This document shows, piece by piece, positions 1 through 8,098 of a stretch of 64,000 bases of DNA. The DNA comes from an uncultured Chloroflexia bacterium. Lineage in GTDB: Bacteria; Chloroflexota; Limnocylindria; Limnocylindrales; CSP1-4. The notes below the pieces were generated by a model. That model saw nothing but the letters and a program-made list of their open reading frames with translations, did no database searches and was not told the origin of the DNA. How positions within the stretch are numbered: position 1 is the first letter of the stretch; each line of letters starts with the position of its first letter. The translations under genes and the position numbers were made by a program. The stretch spans positions 64,001 through 128,000 of the forward strand of contig CAVQJC010000001.1 in NCBI GenBank assembly GCA_963712745.1, read 5' to 3'.

Positions 1-1481
1 AGCGAGCCCTTCGCATACCACGGCACCGAGCCCGTCACATGGACCAGGATGTCTTTGGCCTGGCGGGCGACCTTGGCCTTGACCACGCGCTCCTTCGGCG
101 CACGTGCCGCGTCGCCGTCGGCCGCGATATGCGGCTGCACGACGAAACCACCGTTGACCAGGGTCGAGATGCCTCGCGCAAGCTGCAGGAGCGTGACCGA
201 GACACCCTGCCCGAAGGCACGGTTGGCCAGGTCGACCGGCGCCCACAGCTTCTGCTCGGGATCGAACCAGCGGCCCTGCGTCTCGTTGGCGATGTCGACC
301 TCGGTGCGCGCGGCCATGCCCACCTTCTTCCAGAAGCCGTACAGCCTGTCGGCGGCTCGCTGGACCGACTTCGGCGCCAACTTCATGGCGATCTTGGCCG
401 TGGCCACGTTGCGCGAGCGCGCGATGACGTCCTTGACCTTCAGCGGCCCAAGGGAGCCGTGGTCGGCGTTCTGAACCTGGTACTTGTAGAACTCGAGCTT
501 GCGCTGGTCGCTGATCACGGTATTGGGCGTGACCAGGCCCAGATCGAGTGCCGCGGTGGCGGTGAAGATCTTCATCACCGAGCCCGGCTCGTACTGGTCG
601 CTGATGACGCGATTGCGCAGTCGGCCGATGTCGTCGGCGGCGATCCTGGCGTACTCGTTGCCGTCGTAGGCAGGGACCGAGGCGATGGCCAGGATGGCGC
701 CGGTATGAGGGTCCATGACGATGGCGCTGGCGCTCTTGGCACGATTGACCAGGTAGGCGGTGTTGAGCTCCTTCTCGACCTGGCGCTGGAGCCCGGCATC
801 AAGGGTCAGCCGCAGTGGTTCTGGGTCCAGGCCTTCCAGTCCGTCCGGCAGTCCTTCGATGGTGGCCAGGTCGAGGCCCTCGGTCTCGGGCGTCGTCAGT
901 CGCTCGTCGTACTGGCGCTCCACGCCCTCGCCGCCGCGGCCGTCCGCTCGCACGAAGCCGAGCACATGGCTGGCCAGCGTGCTGTCGCTGGCTCCGCCCT
1001 TGCGCGGATAGACGCGCACATCCTTGGGGTCAAGGGTGATCCCCGGCAGATCGCCCTTATCCTGGGCCAGCGCGATGGCCGCGCTCTGCTTGTGTGTGAC
1101 GCGGGCCTCGAGGTTCGTCCACAACTTGCCGCTTTGGATCTTCTCGGCGTAGGCCTCGCGTTCGCTCGCGTCGAGGCGGAGGATCGGCTCGAGCGTGTCC
1201 AGGATGAGCTCTACGTCTTCGGGCTCGATGTCGCTGGGATGCGCGTCGAGGCTATCGAAGGACGCGGTCTGCGCCAGCACCACCCCGTCGCGGTCGAGGA
1301 TGTCCGCGCGGGCGGGCAGCGCTGCCCGGACCGGGGTCATCGACTGGATTGCGTTGGGCGCGAGTTCAGCGGCGGCGATGACCTGCCAGTAGCCAAGGCG
1401 TGCGCTGGCGGCCGTCCCCAGGACGGCGAAGACGAGCAGGATGGCCACCATGCGTCGGCGGCTGTCGGTGCGGCCGAGCAC
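1..1481 (-). CDS. ftsI: Class B penicillin-binding protein (FtsI/PBP2), C-terminus runs off the window
   Basis: Manual translation from GTG 1481: MLGRTDSRRRMVAILLVFAVLG (TM anchor), YEPGSVMK (SxxK), RSRNV (SxN), AFGQGVSVTLLQL; dcw position after mraZ-rsmH-ftsL. Confidence 0.92.
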   Translation of the reverse strand, partial: MLGRTDSRRRMVAILLVFAVLGTAASARLGYWQVIAAAELAPNAIQSMTPVRAALPARADILDRDGVVLAQTASFDSLDAHPSDIEPEDVELILDTLEPILRLDASEREAYAEKIQSGKLWTNLEARVTHKQSAAIALAQDKGDLPGITLDPKDVRVYPRKGGASDSTLASHVLGFVRADGRGGEGVERQYDERLTTPETEGLDLATIEGLPDGLEGLDPEPLRLTLDAGLQRQVEKELNTAYLVNRAKSASAIVMDPHTGAILAIASVPAYDGNEYARIAADDIGRLRNRVISDQYEPGSVMKIFTATAALDLGLVTPNTVISDQRKLEFYKYQVQNADHGSLGPLKVKDVIARSRNVATAKIAMKLAPKSVQRAADRLYGFWKKVGMAARTEVDIANETQGRWFDPEQKLWAPVDLANRAFGQGVSVTLLQLARGISTLVNGGFVVQPHIAADGDAARAPKERVVKAKVARQAKDILVHVTGSVPWYAKGS

Positions 1482-1487
1482 GGCCGG

Positions 1488-1916
1488 TCAGGGGGCCGGG
1501 AGGACCACGATGTCCCCCAAGCTGCGGAGCCCGGCCTTCTTGGCCAGCTTGGTGATCTCCTCGCTATCTGTGAACGTCTGGACCCAGACGGCCTGGCGTC
1601 GCAGGGTGTCCTCGAGCTTCTCGCGCTCACCGGAGAGCTTGCGGATCTCCGAGTCGGTCGCGTTGGCGCCCAGCGTCTGCGTGAGATACACCAGCCCCAG
1701 GATGGTGGCGGCCAGGATGCCGGCCATGAGCAAGCCGATCGGCCGTACCCGTGCCGCGGTGCGCGCGGTCGCCCGAGCACCGGCGCCGGCGGTGGCGGCC
1801 GGTGCGCCCGCCGTCGGCAACCGGGCTGCCACGCGGGCAGCCGGTGCTCGGGCAGCCGGTGCTCGGCCTGCCGGCAGCGGGCCGCGACGGAGGCGGGCTC
1901 CCTGGAAGACGGCCAT
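1488..1916 (-). CDS. FtsL-like cell division protein (basic N-tail, one TM helix, short coiled coil)
   Basis: TM segment IGLLMAGILAATILGLVYL then IRKLSGEREKLEDTLRR; directly upstream of ftsI; ATG overlaps upstream stop. Confidence 0.65.
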   Translation of the reverse strand: MAVFQGARLRRGPLPAGRAPAARAPAARVAARLPTAGAPAATAGAGARATARTAARVRPIGLLMAGILAATILGLVYLTQTLGANATDSEIRKLSGEREKLEDTLRRQAVWVQTFTDSEEITKLAKKAGLRSLGDIVVLPAP

Positions 1917-2119
1917 CAGCGGGCGCGGGCGCTCGAGGAAGCCGAGTCGATGCTCGACGTGGAACGCGGCAATGGCCGCTCGGCATCCCACGCATCACCG
2001 CGGTTCCAGCCGCCGGGCCCCTCGAGATCGACCTCGAGATCGTCGTTGCGCCGTGTCCGCAGTTCCTTCATGCGGCGGCCGTACGCCTGGCGCCGCGAGC
2101 TGCCGTGTCCGCTGCTCAT
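1916..2119 (-). CDS. Small hypothetical protein (67 aa) inside the dcw cluster
   Basis: MSSGHGSSRRQAYGRRMKELRTRRNDDLEVDLEG...; ATGA overlap with rsmH stop and TGATG overlap with ftsL-like start. Confidence 0.55.
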   Translation of the reverse strand: MSSGHGSSRRQAYGRRMKELRTRRNDDLEVDLEGPGGWNRGDAWDAERPLPRSTSSIDSASSSARAR

Positions 2120-3072
2120 GCTGCAAGCCTCCGTGCCGCCCGCAGCTTCGCGCTGCGAGCACGTGGGTTGGATGCCACCTCCACCTCGCCGGGTGACAGC
2201 GGCTGAGCGCCCACGTTGGCCAGCCGCGGCTGCTTGCCGCAGACGCACACGGGGAGCTCGGGTGGACAGGTGCAACCGCGCCGTTCTCGCGCGATGAAGC
2301 GCTTGACGATGCGGTCTTCGAGCGAGTGGTAGCTGATGACGCAGAGCCGGCCCTCTGGCCTGAGCAGTCCGAGGCATGACTCCAGGGCCGCCGGCAGGGT
2401 CTCGAGCTCGCGGTTGACCTCGATGCGCAGGGCCTGGAAGACCCGGGTGGCCGGATGGATGCGTCGCCGGCGTGAGTCGCGCGGCCTGGGTGCGGCCTTG
2501 GTCACGACCTCAGCCAGCCGGGCCGGGGTCTCGATGGCGACGTGGGAGCGGGCGGCCACGATGGCACGAGCGATGCGGCGTGCATGCGGTTCTTCGCCGT
2601 GCCGACGGAAGATGTCGGCCAGGGCGGACTCGCTGTAGCTGGCGACGACCTCGCTGGCAGGGATGCCTCGGGTGACGTCGAAACGCATGTCGAGCGCGTC
2701 GCTGGAACGAAAGCTGAAGCCTCGGTCGTCGTCGTCGAGCTGCTGAGAGCTGACGCCGAGGTCCATGAGGATGCCGTCCACCTGCCTGAAGCCCGAGTCG
2801 GTCGCGACCTCGGCGATGGCCTCGAAGTTCGAGCGGCGCAGGACCACTCGGTCGCCGAACCCTGCCAAACGCTGCTGGGAGCGCTCGATGGCCCTGGGAT
2901 CAGCATCGATGCCCAGCAGCCGGCCGTCAGGGTTGACGGCCTCCAGGATCCGAACGGCGTGCCCTCCGCCGCCAACGGTCGCATCGATCTGGAAGCTGCC
3001 CGGGTGCGGCGAGAGAGCCAACATGACCTCCTCAAGCATCACGGGCAGGTGCCCTACTTCCTGTTCCATCAA
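2116..3072 (-). CDS. rsmH: 16S rRNA m4C1402 methyltransferase RsmH
   Basis: HLPVMLEEV, DATVGGGGH, DLGVSSQQLD, HPATRVFQALRIEVNREL, ISYHSLEDRIVK, NPRARSAKLR. Confidence 0.97.
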   Translation of the reverse strand: MMEQEVGHLPVMLEEVMLALSPHPGSFQIDATVGGGGHAVRILEAVNPDGRLLGIDADPRAIERSQQRLAGFGDRVVLRRSNFEAIAEVATDSGFRQVDGILMDLGVSSQQLDDDDRGFSFRSSDALDMRFDVTRGIPASEVVASYSESALADIFRRHGEEPHARRIARAIVAARSHVAIETPARLAEVVTKAAPRPRDSRRRRIHPATRVFQALRIEVNRELETLPAALESCLGLLRPEGRLCVISYHSLEDRIVKRFIARERRGCTCPPELPVCVCGKQPRLANVGAQPLSPGEVEVASNPRARSAKLRAARRLAA

Positions 3073-3121
3073 CGATCCGACCGCCCCGACGGTCCACCCG
3101 GACCCTGGAGGCTCATATGGT

Positions 3122-3550
3122 TCAGATGCCCAGTCCGGCGAGGGACTTCGCGAGTGCCTCCGGCTGATCCATCTGCTCGCTGTACTTGCTCCACCGCTCC
3201 GGCGACCACAGCTCGATGCGAGTGCCCGCGCCCACGAGCACGACCTCGTTGCCGATGTCGGCGTCCTCTCGCAGCCACTGCGGCAGGACGAACCGGCCTT
3301 GTCGATCGAGAGAGACCTCCTGAGCCGAGCCGAAGAGCAAGCGTCGAAGCGTCCGCCCCCGCGGATCGGTGAACGGCAGGGCGTTGATCTGCTCGGCCAG
3401 TGAGTCCCACTCGGCCTGCGGATGCAATGCCACGCAACCGTCCATCCAGTTGCTCACCTGTGCGCCCTGAGCGAGCTCCGCACGGAAACGGACCGGGATC
3501 GCGAGACGTCCCTTGTCGTCGACCGTGTGGCGATACTCACCTGTGAACAC
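3122..3550 (-). CDS. mraZ: Division/cell wall cluster transcriptional repressor MraZ
   Basis: MFTGEYRHTVDDKGRLAIPVRFR, second repeat LDRQGRFVLP, IELWS; first gene of dcw. Confidence 0.97.
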   Translation of the reverse strand: MFTGEYRHTVDDKGRLAIPVRFRAELAQGAQVSNWMDGCVALHPQAEWDSLAEQINALPFTDPRGRTLRRLLFGSAQEVSLDRQGRFVLPQWLREDADIGNEVVLVGAGTRIELWSPERWSKYSEQMDQPEALAKSLAGLGI

Positions 3551-3640
3551 CGGGCTGGGCTGCTCCGACTGTGACCGTCACTGGTGGCTCAGCGGCCGGG
3601 TTTCTCCCGACTCCTTCGCTGACGGCGAGACGGCTATCCC

Positions 3641-3720
3641 TGCCCACTCGTGCCCACCACGGCGGTGGTCACGCGGACCGGTTCACCCCTTTCTCCCCAC
3701 TTTGCACCACTTCGTGCCAC
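3641..3720 (-). promoter_or_regulatory. Putative MraZ operator boxes
   Basis: Minus strand GTGGCACGAA-GTGGTGCAAA-GTGGGGAGAA (three GTGG at 10-bp period, 3691-3720) plus two GTGGGCA 10 bp apart (3641-3657), upstream of mraZ; same layout as known MraZ boxes. Confidence 0.7.
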
Positions 3721-3895
3721 TTGGATGGGCATGATACCCAATCCGCGGGGTCCGTCAAGGGCCCATTTGGCAGTACTTCCCCACGGGCGCCGCAGGGGTG
3801 CTTCAGGTGGGCCGACCCGAGTACCTCTCACCCATGCCCACGCCGTCTGTGGGCAGATAGCGTCGCTCCCCGAACCGCCTGCAGAGGATCTGCCC

Positions 3896-4240
3896 GTGAC
3901 GATCGCCCGGCGCCGACCAAGCGCCCTCGATCCCATCGCCGCACCCATGCCCAGCCCAGCGCCGGTCCGCGCGCTGGTGCCCGAGCTGGGTGTGCCGGTG
4001 TCACTGGGGGATGCGCCGGCGCCCGATACGGTGACGCCAGTCGGTCGGCTGCGGCGCTGCACGTTCCGGAGGATCGACCGCGTGTCGGCTCTGCCCGGCC
4101 GCCCGATCGGTTCGAACTACGAGGTCATGTGCCTCTACGGCACTATCGCGGAGCCCCTCGCGCTGGGCGGCGTCGACGCGGCCAGGCCGGTCTGCGAGAG
4201 TTGCACCGCCTCCGGCATCTTCCGTCCCGACGAGGACTGA
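3896..4240 (+). CDS. Small hypothetical protein with four Cys (possible Zn binding)
   Basis: GAGGA then GTG; RRCTFRR...VMCLY...PVCESC; followed by terminator. Confidence 0.6.
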   Translation: MTIARRRPSALDPIAAPMPSPAPVRALVPELGVPVSLGDAPAPDTVTPVGRLRRCTFRRIDRVSALPGRPIGSNYEVMCLYGTIAEPLALGGVDAARPVCESCTASGIFRPDED

Positions 4241-4275
4241 CCGGGAGGCCGAGATCCCCGTTGCCGGCAGGGTCG

Positions 4276-4324
4276 AAACACGAAAGACGCCCGCCCCCTT
4301 GTAGGGACGGGCGTCTCGTCGTTT
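4276..4324. terminator. Bidirectional intrinsic terminator
   Basis: AAAC-ACGA-AAGACGCCCG...CGGGCGTCT-CGTCG-TTT hairpin between convergent genes. Confidence 0.7.
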
Positions 4325-4361
4325 GGCGGCCGGCGCGTGGATGGCCGGCCGATGGTGGCAG

Positions 4362-5059
4362 CTACTCGGCGTCGTCGTCCTGGTCGGCGTCCATGTCGGC
4401 GTCGGCGTCCATGTCGGCGTCGGCGTCCATGGTGGCGTCGGCGTCCATGTGGCGTCGGCGTCCATGGTGGCGTCGGCGTCCATGCTGGCGTCCATGGCGC
4501 CCGCGATGAGCCCGCTCAGGTCGCTACAGATGACCCAGGCGCGCGTCTCACCGGGCACCAGGGTGACTTCGCCCGCGATGGTCGCGGTCTGGGACTGAGC
4601 CATGTCGCCCAGCATCTCGGCCTGCGCTGCCTGGATCTCCTCCTCGGACGCGCCGATGGCCTCCAGCATCCCGGTGATGATGGGCATGACGGACTCTACG
4701 TCGAACTCGGTGGACATCGTGGCGACGACGTCGACGATAGCCTCGGTCTCGGTCTGGCTTACGACGTCGAGCGACTCGAAGTCGATGTCGATGACGAACG
4801 CGTCGAGCAGGAACTCGAAGCCAGGGGGGATGCCACCGGCCAGGTCGCCCATGCCGATACCGCCGAGCGCACCCGCCTGCTCAGCGCAGAAGAAGGTCGG
4901 CAGGGTGGCGAGGTCCATGGATGAGAAGGCATCGGCGAAGCCCTCGAACGTGGCCTCGGGGCTGTCATCCTGGCCGAGCACGGAGGGCGCTGAGAGCATC
5001 GAGGCTGTGAGCGCCAGGCTACCGGCGACGGCGGCCATGCGCATACGGGGGTTCTTCAT
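4362..5059 (-). CDS. Secreted acidic protein with C-terminal MDADAT repeats (1-bp frameshift at ~4449)
   Basis: Signal peptide MKNPRMRMAAVAGSLALTASMLSAPSVLG; restoring one base in the 17-bp repeat unit gives ...MDADQDDDAE-TAG at 4362. Confidence 0.7.
4383..4498. repeat. 18-bp coding tandem repeat, ~6 units
   Basis: GTCGGCGTCCATG(T/G/C)NGGC units; unit at 4437-4453 is 17 bp. Confidence 0.9.
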
Positions 5060-5163
5060 GTCGGGTGACGACTCCTTCTGGTGTTGGCACGAGCGGGCGG
5101 TGCCTGCAGGGTGAGTCTAGCGGCCAGCCCCGGTCTCGCCGGGATCCGATGGTCCAGGTCCAC

Positions 5164-6087
5164 CTAGCCCTCGGCAGAGTCGACCGCATCGACCCGTGTG
5201 ATCCAGTACTCGGTCTCAGGCGTCGGGTCCGTGCTGAAGCGGGCGTTGACCGCCCACAGGGCGTCGCCCACCAGGGCGGCGGTCGTGGGCACATCGAAGT
5301 CCAGGGAGGTCGCTTCCCCTGCGAAGGCGGCGGCCAGCGCGTCCTCGTCCAGCTCCATGGTGACGACGAGGTTCGAGCTGTTGCGTACCACGTGGAGCGT
5401 GCGACCGTCGAGCTCCAGCCCATCGCCGCCGGTGAGCGATACATCACCGGTGTCGATGCGGCTCGCGGCTCCCGAGGCCGGATCGATGTTGTAGAGCTGC
5501 CCCTCGCCCGAGTGAACGACGACGAGACCGCCCGGAGCAGCCACGATGCCGTTGAGGTTGAAGCCTTCGCCGTAGACAAGGTCGCCGCTGATGGGCAGGA
5601 CCGAGCCCGCCTCGGGGTCAGGCAAGGCACCGTCATCACCCAGCGGGATGACCAGCACCTGGGGCAGGAACGAGTCGGTCACGTAGATGGCGTCGGGCGT
5701 GGCTGCGACATCGTTGAGGAAGCCGCTCTCGAAGGCGTAGGTCGCGAGCAGCTCGCCGGTGGCCGCATCGTACGCGCGTACCTCGCCGGTCGGTGCACCG
5801 GCGGCCCAGAGTCGACCGTAGGCGTCGTGTTCCAGACCGGCCACTACGGCCCCTTCCGTGCCCTCGACGAGGACCTCTGTGGTGCCGGTCATGGGATCAG
5901 CCCTGAGGATCGCCCCGTCGGCGAGCGAACCGGCGAACAGGTGGGTGCCATCGGTGGTCACCCCTTCTGGCTGCCAGCCGTTCGGCAGGTCGATACGGTC
6001 GAGCTGCTCATCCTGCGCCATCGCGGGCCCGCCGATGAGCCCGACAGCCACTAGTCCGGCGATGGTCGCCGGTCCGACACGTTGCAT
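5164..6087 (-). CDS. Secreted SMP-30/gluconolactonase-like beta-propeller protein
   Basis: Signal peptide; LPNGWQPEG, FLNDVAAT..AIYVTDSF, FNLNGI, GGDGLEL, FDVPTTAA. Confidence 0.8.
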   Translation of the reverse strand: MQRVGPATIAGLVAVGLIGGPAMAQDEQLDRIDLPNGWQPEGVTTDGTHLFAGSLADGAILRADPMTGTTEVLVEGTEGAVVAGLEHDAYGRLWAAGAPTGEVRAYDAATGELLATYAFESGFLNDVAATPDAIYVTDSFLPQVLVIPLGDDGALPDPEAGSVLPISGDLVYGEGFNLNGIVAAPGGLVVVHSGEGQLYNIDPASGAASRIDTGDVSLTGGDGLELDGRTLHVVRNSSNLVVTMELDEDALAAAFAGEATSLDFDVPTTAALVGDALWAVNARFSTDPTPETEYWITRVDAVDSAEG

Positions 6088-6185
6088 AGGAGACACCCTC
6101 ATTACGAAACGGCCGGGAGAGGGCCGCAGCGCCGGAGTGTGCCGCGAGCACACGACAGCCCGATGACGATGCGGGGAACGGAGCG

Positions 6186-6523
6186 CCAGTGAGGTGGCCT
6201 GTAAGCCGAGTTCTGTCCCGCAGTGCGGGGATGGTCATCCATCTGGGACGCCGGTCGCCCGACGCCTCTTGCGGCCGACCCGAAGGCGGAGCGACGCGCT
6301 CCTGCGCAGCTCGCGCCACGCGTGCCCTCCTATTTGGCCTTGCACCAGGTAGAGCTTGCCCGTTTCACCCGGCCCGGCCGAAACCGGGACCGACTCGTCT
6401 CTGTGGCGCTGGTCCGCGCCTCGCGGCGGACGGGTGTTACCCGCTACCTCGCGTCGTGGTGCTCGGACTTTCCTCGGGCGACAGGTCGCCCCGTCGCCCG
6501 CGACCATCCGGCCACCTCACTGG
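6186..6523 (-). ncRNA. rnpB: Ribonuclease P RNA
   Basis: Minus strand GAGGAAAGTCC (CR-I) and ACAGAACTCGGCTTA (CR-V); terminal P1 helix CCAGTGAGGTGGCC / GGCCACCTCACTGG. Confidence 0.95.
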
Positions 6524-6530
6524 CCGATGG

Positions 6531-6540
6531 ACTCTAGCAC
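6531..6540 (-). promoter_or_regulatory. Extended -10 promoter of rnpB
   Basis: Minus strand TGcTAGAGT ~7 nt upstream of the P1 5' end. Confidence 0.5.
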
Positions 6541-6755
6541 CGTGCGGCGGGTGTGGCATGCGCCCCAAAGCCAGGACCGGCTCGCCGACTGGCCAGCCGG
6601 TCCGCATGTCGAGAGGTGCGGTCTCGAGCTTCAGCTCGCCGCCGGCGCCTCGGGTGCGGGCGGATGGGCTTCAGCGGGGTAGATGACACCCCACCACACC
6701 TCCTGCATCTGCTCGTCGAGACCCGGGCTGTGGAACTCGAGGATGTCGGCTCGGG

Positions 6756-7220
6756 TCAGGAGCGGTACTTGGCCTCCAGCGCGGCCGCAGCGGCCGGGTC
6801 GTCGAGCGCAAGGTTGGCCAGCGCGTCGGCAGCCTTGTTGGTGGCCCGCGGCTCGTGCGTGGCGTTCCATCGCTCGAAGCCGGCCAGCAGCTCCTTGGCC
6901 TCCGCCCAGTGCACGCGCATCTTGGCGTCCTTCACACGCCAGCGACCGTGCAGCTGTTCCACGATGAGCTTGGAGTCCAGGCGCAGATCGATCTGGCGCG
7001 CCCCCAGTCGCTGCGCCTCCTTCAGCGCCAGCGTCAATGCTGTGTACTCGGCCACGTTGTTGGTCTGCACGCCCAGCGGCCGCGACACCACCGACAGTGG
7101 CGGAGCGTCCACGGCCGTGGCATTGGGCAGCGAGGCGTCGATGAGCACGGCACCGGCCGAAGCCGGACCCGGATTGGAGCGCGAGGCACCGTCGGTGCGG
7201 ATGAGCAGGCGGTCGGCCAT
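6756..7220 (-). CDS. rnhA: Ribonuclease HI
   Basis: TDGASRSNPGPAS, TNNVAEY, DSKLIVEQ, PRATNKAADALAN. Confidence 0.92.
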   Translation of the reverse strand: MADRLLIRTDGASRSNPGPASAGAVLIDASLPNATAVDAPPLSVVSRPLGVQTNNVAEYTALTLALKEAQRLGARQIDLRLDSKLIVEQLHGRWRVKDAKMRVHWAEAKELLAGFERWNATHEPRATNKAADALANLALDDPAAAAALEAKYRS

Positions 7221-8096
7221 CTAGGCGTCGGACCCGGGCGACCCGGTGGACTGTTCCGCATCCCCGGGCGTGTCGAGCGCCTTCGCCTCCTCGGAGACCT
7301 CCACCGTGGCATCGGCCGTCGAGGACCCATCGCCAGCACCGGAGCCGCCGTAGCGATCACCGCGCAGCTTGCGCCACAGCCACCGGACCGGATCGTAGTA
7401 CTCGTCGGCCACACGCTCCTTGAGGGGGATGATGGCGTTGTCGGTGATCCTGATGTGCTCCGGGCAGACCTCGGTGCAGCACTTGTTGATGTTGCAGTAG
7501 CCGATACCGCCCTCGTACTTGAGCTGCTCCTTGCGGTCGGCCTGGTCGAGCGGGTGCATCTCCAGGCTCGCCGCGCGCACCAGGAAGCGCGGCCCGAAGA
7601 ACTCGAACTCGGTCTCATGGTTGCGCAGCACATGGCAGGTGTCCATGCACAGGAAGCATTCGATGCACTTGCGGAACTCCTGGCTCCGCTCGCCGTCCTC
7701 CTGCTGCCAGCGCCACTCGCTCTGCGGCTCATCGGGCGGCGTGAAGGGCGTGATCTTCTTGTTGACCTCGTAGTTCCAGGAAACGTCGGTGACCAGGTCG
7801 CGGATGCGCGGGAACGTGCGCATGGGCTCGACCGTGATGGCCTCGTCATCGGGGAAGTCGGAGAGGCGGGTCTTGCACATCAGGCCCGGCTTGCCGTTGA
7901 TCTCAGCCGAGCAGGACCCGCACTTGGCGGCCTTGCAGTTCCAGCGCGCGGCCAGGTCCGGCTCCACGTTCTGCTGGATCCAGTGGATGGCATCGAGGAC
8001 GACCATGCCCTCCCCCGCCGGCACGATGTACTCGAAGAACTCGCCCTCCTCGTTGCCCTCGGCGCGGTTGACCCACAGCTTCGCTTCGTCGGCCAT
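7221..8096 (-). CDS. sdhB: Succinate dehydrogenase/fumarate reductase iron-sulfur subunit
   Basis: CKAAKCGSC..LMC, CIECFLCMDTC, CNINKCCTEVCP; follows flavoprotein. Confidence 0.93.
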   Translation of the reverse strand: MADEAKLWVNRAEGNEEGEFFEYIVPAGEGMVVLDAIHWIQQNVEPDLAARWNCKAAKCGSCSAEINGKPGLMCKTRLSDFPDDEAITVEPMRTFPRIRDLVTDVSWNYEVNKKITPFTPPDEPQSEWRWQQEDGERSQEFRKCIECFLCMDTCHVLRNHETEFEFFGPRFLVRAASLEMHPLDQADRKEQLKYEGGIGYCNINKCCTEVCPEHIRITDNAIIPLKERVADEYYDPVRWLWRKLRGDRYGGSGAGDGSSTADATVEVSEEAKALDTPGDAEQSTGSPGSDA

Positions 8097-8098
8097 GC

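Noticed and set aside
39-2297. 752-aa plus-strand ORF and similar long ORFs (14011-16527, 11048-12859, 21413-22906)
   Set aside because: Antisense shadows of well-supported genes, common in high-GC DNA; no motifs
6189-6686. ORFs overlapping rnpB
   Set aside because: Region is explained by the RNase P RNA and its promoter
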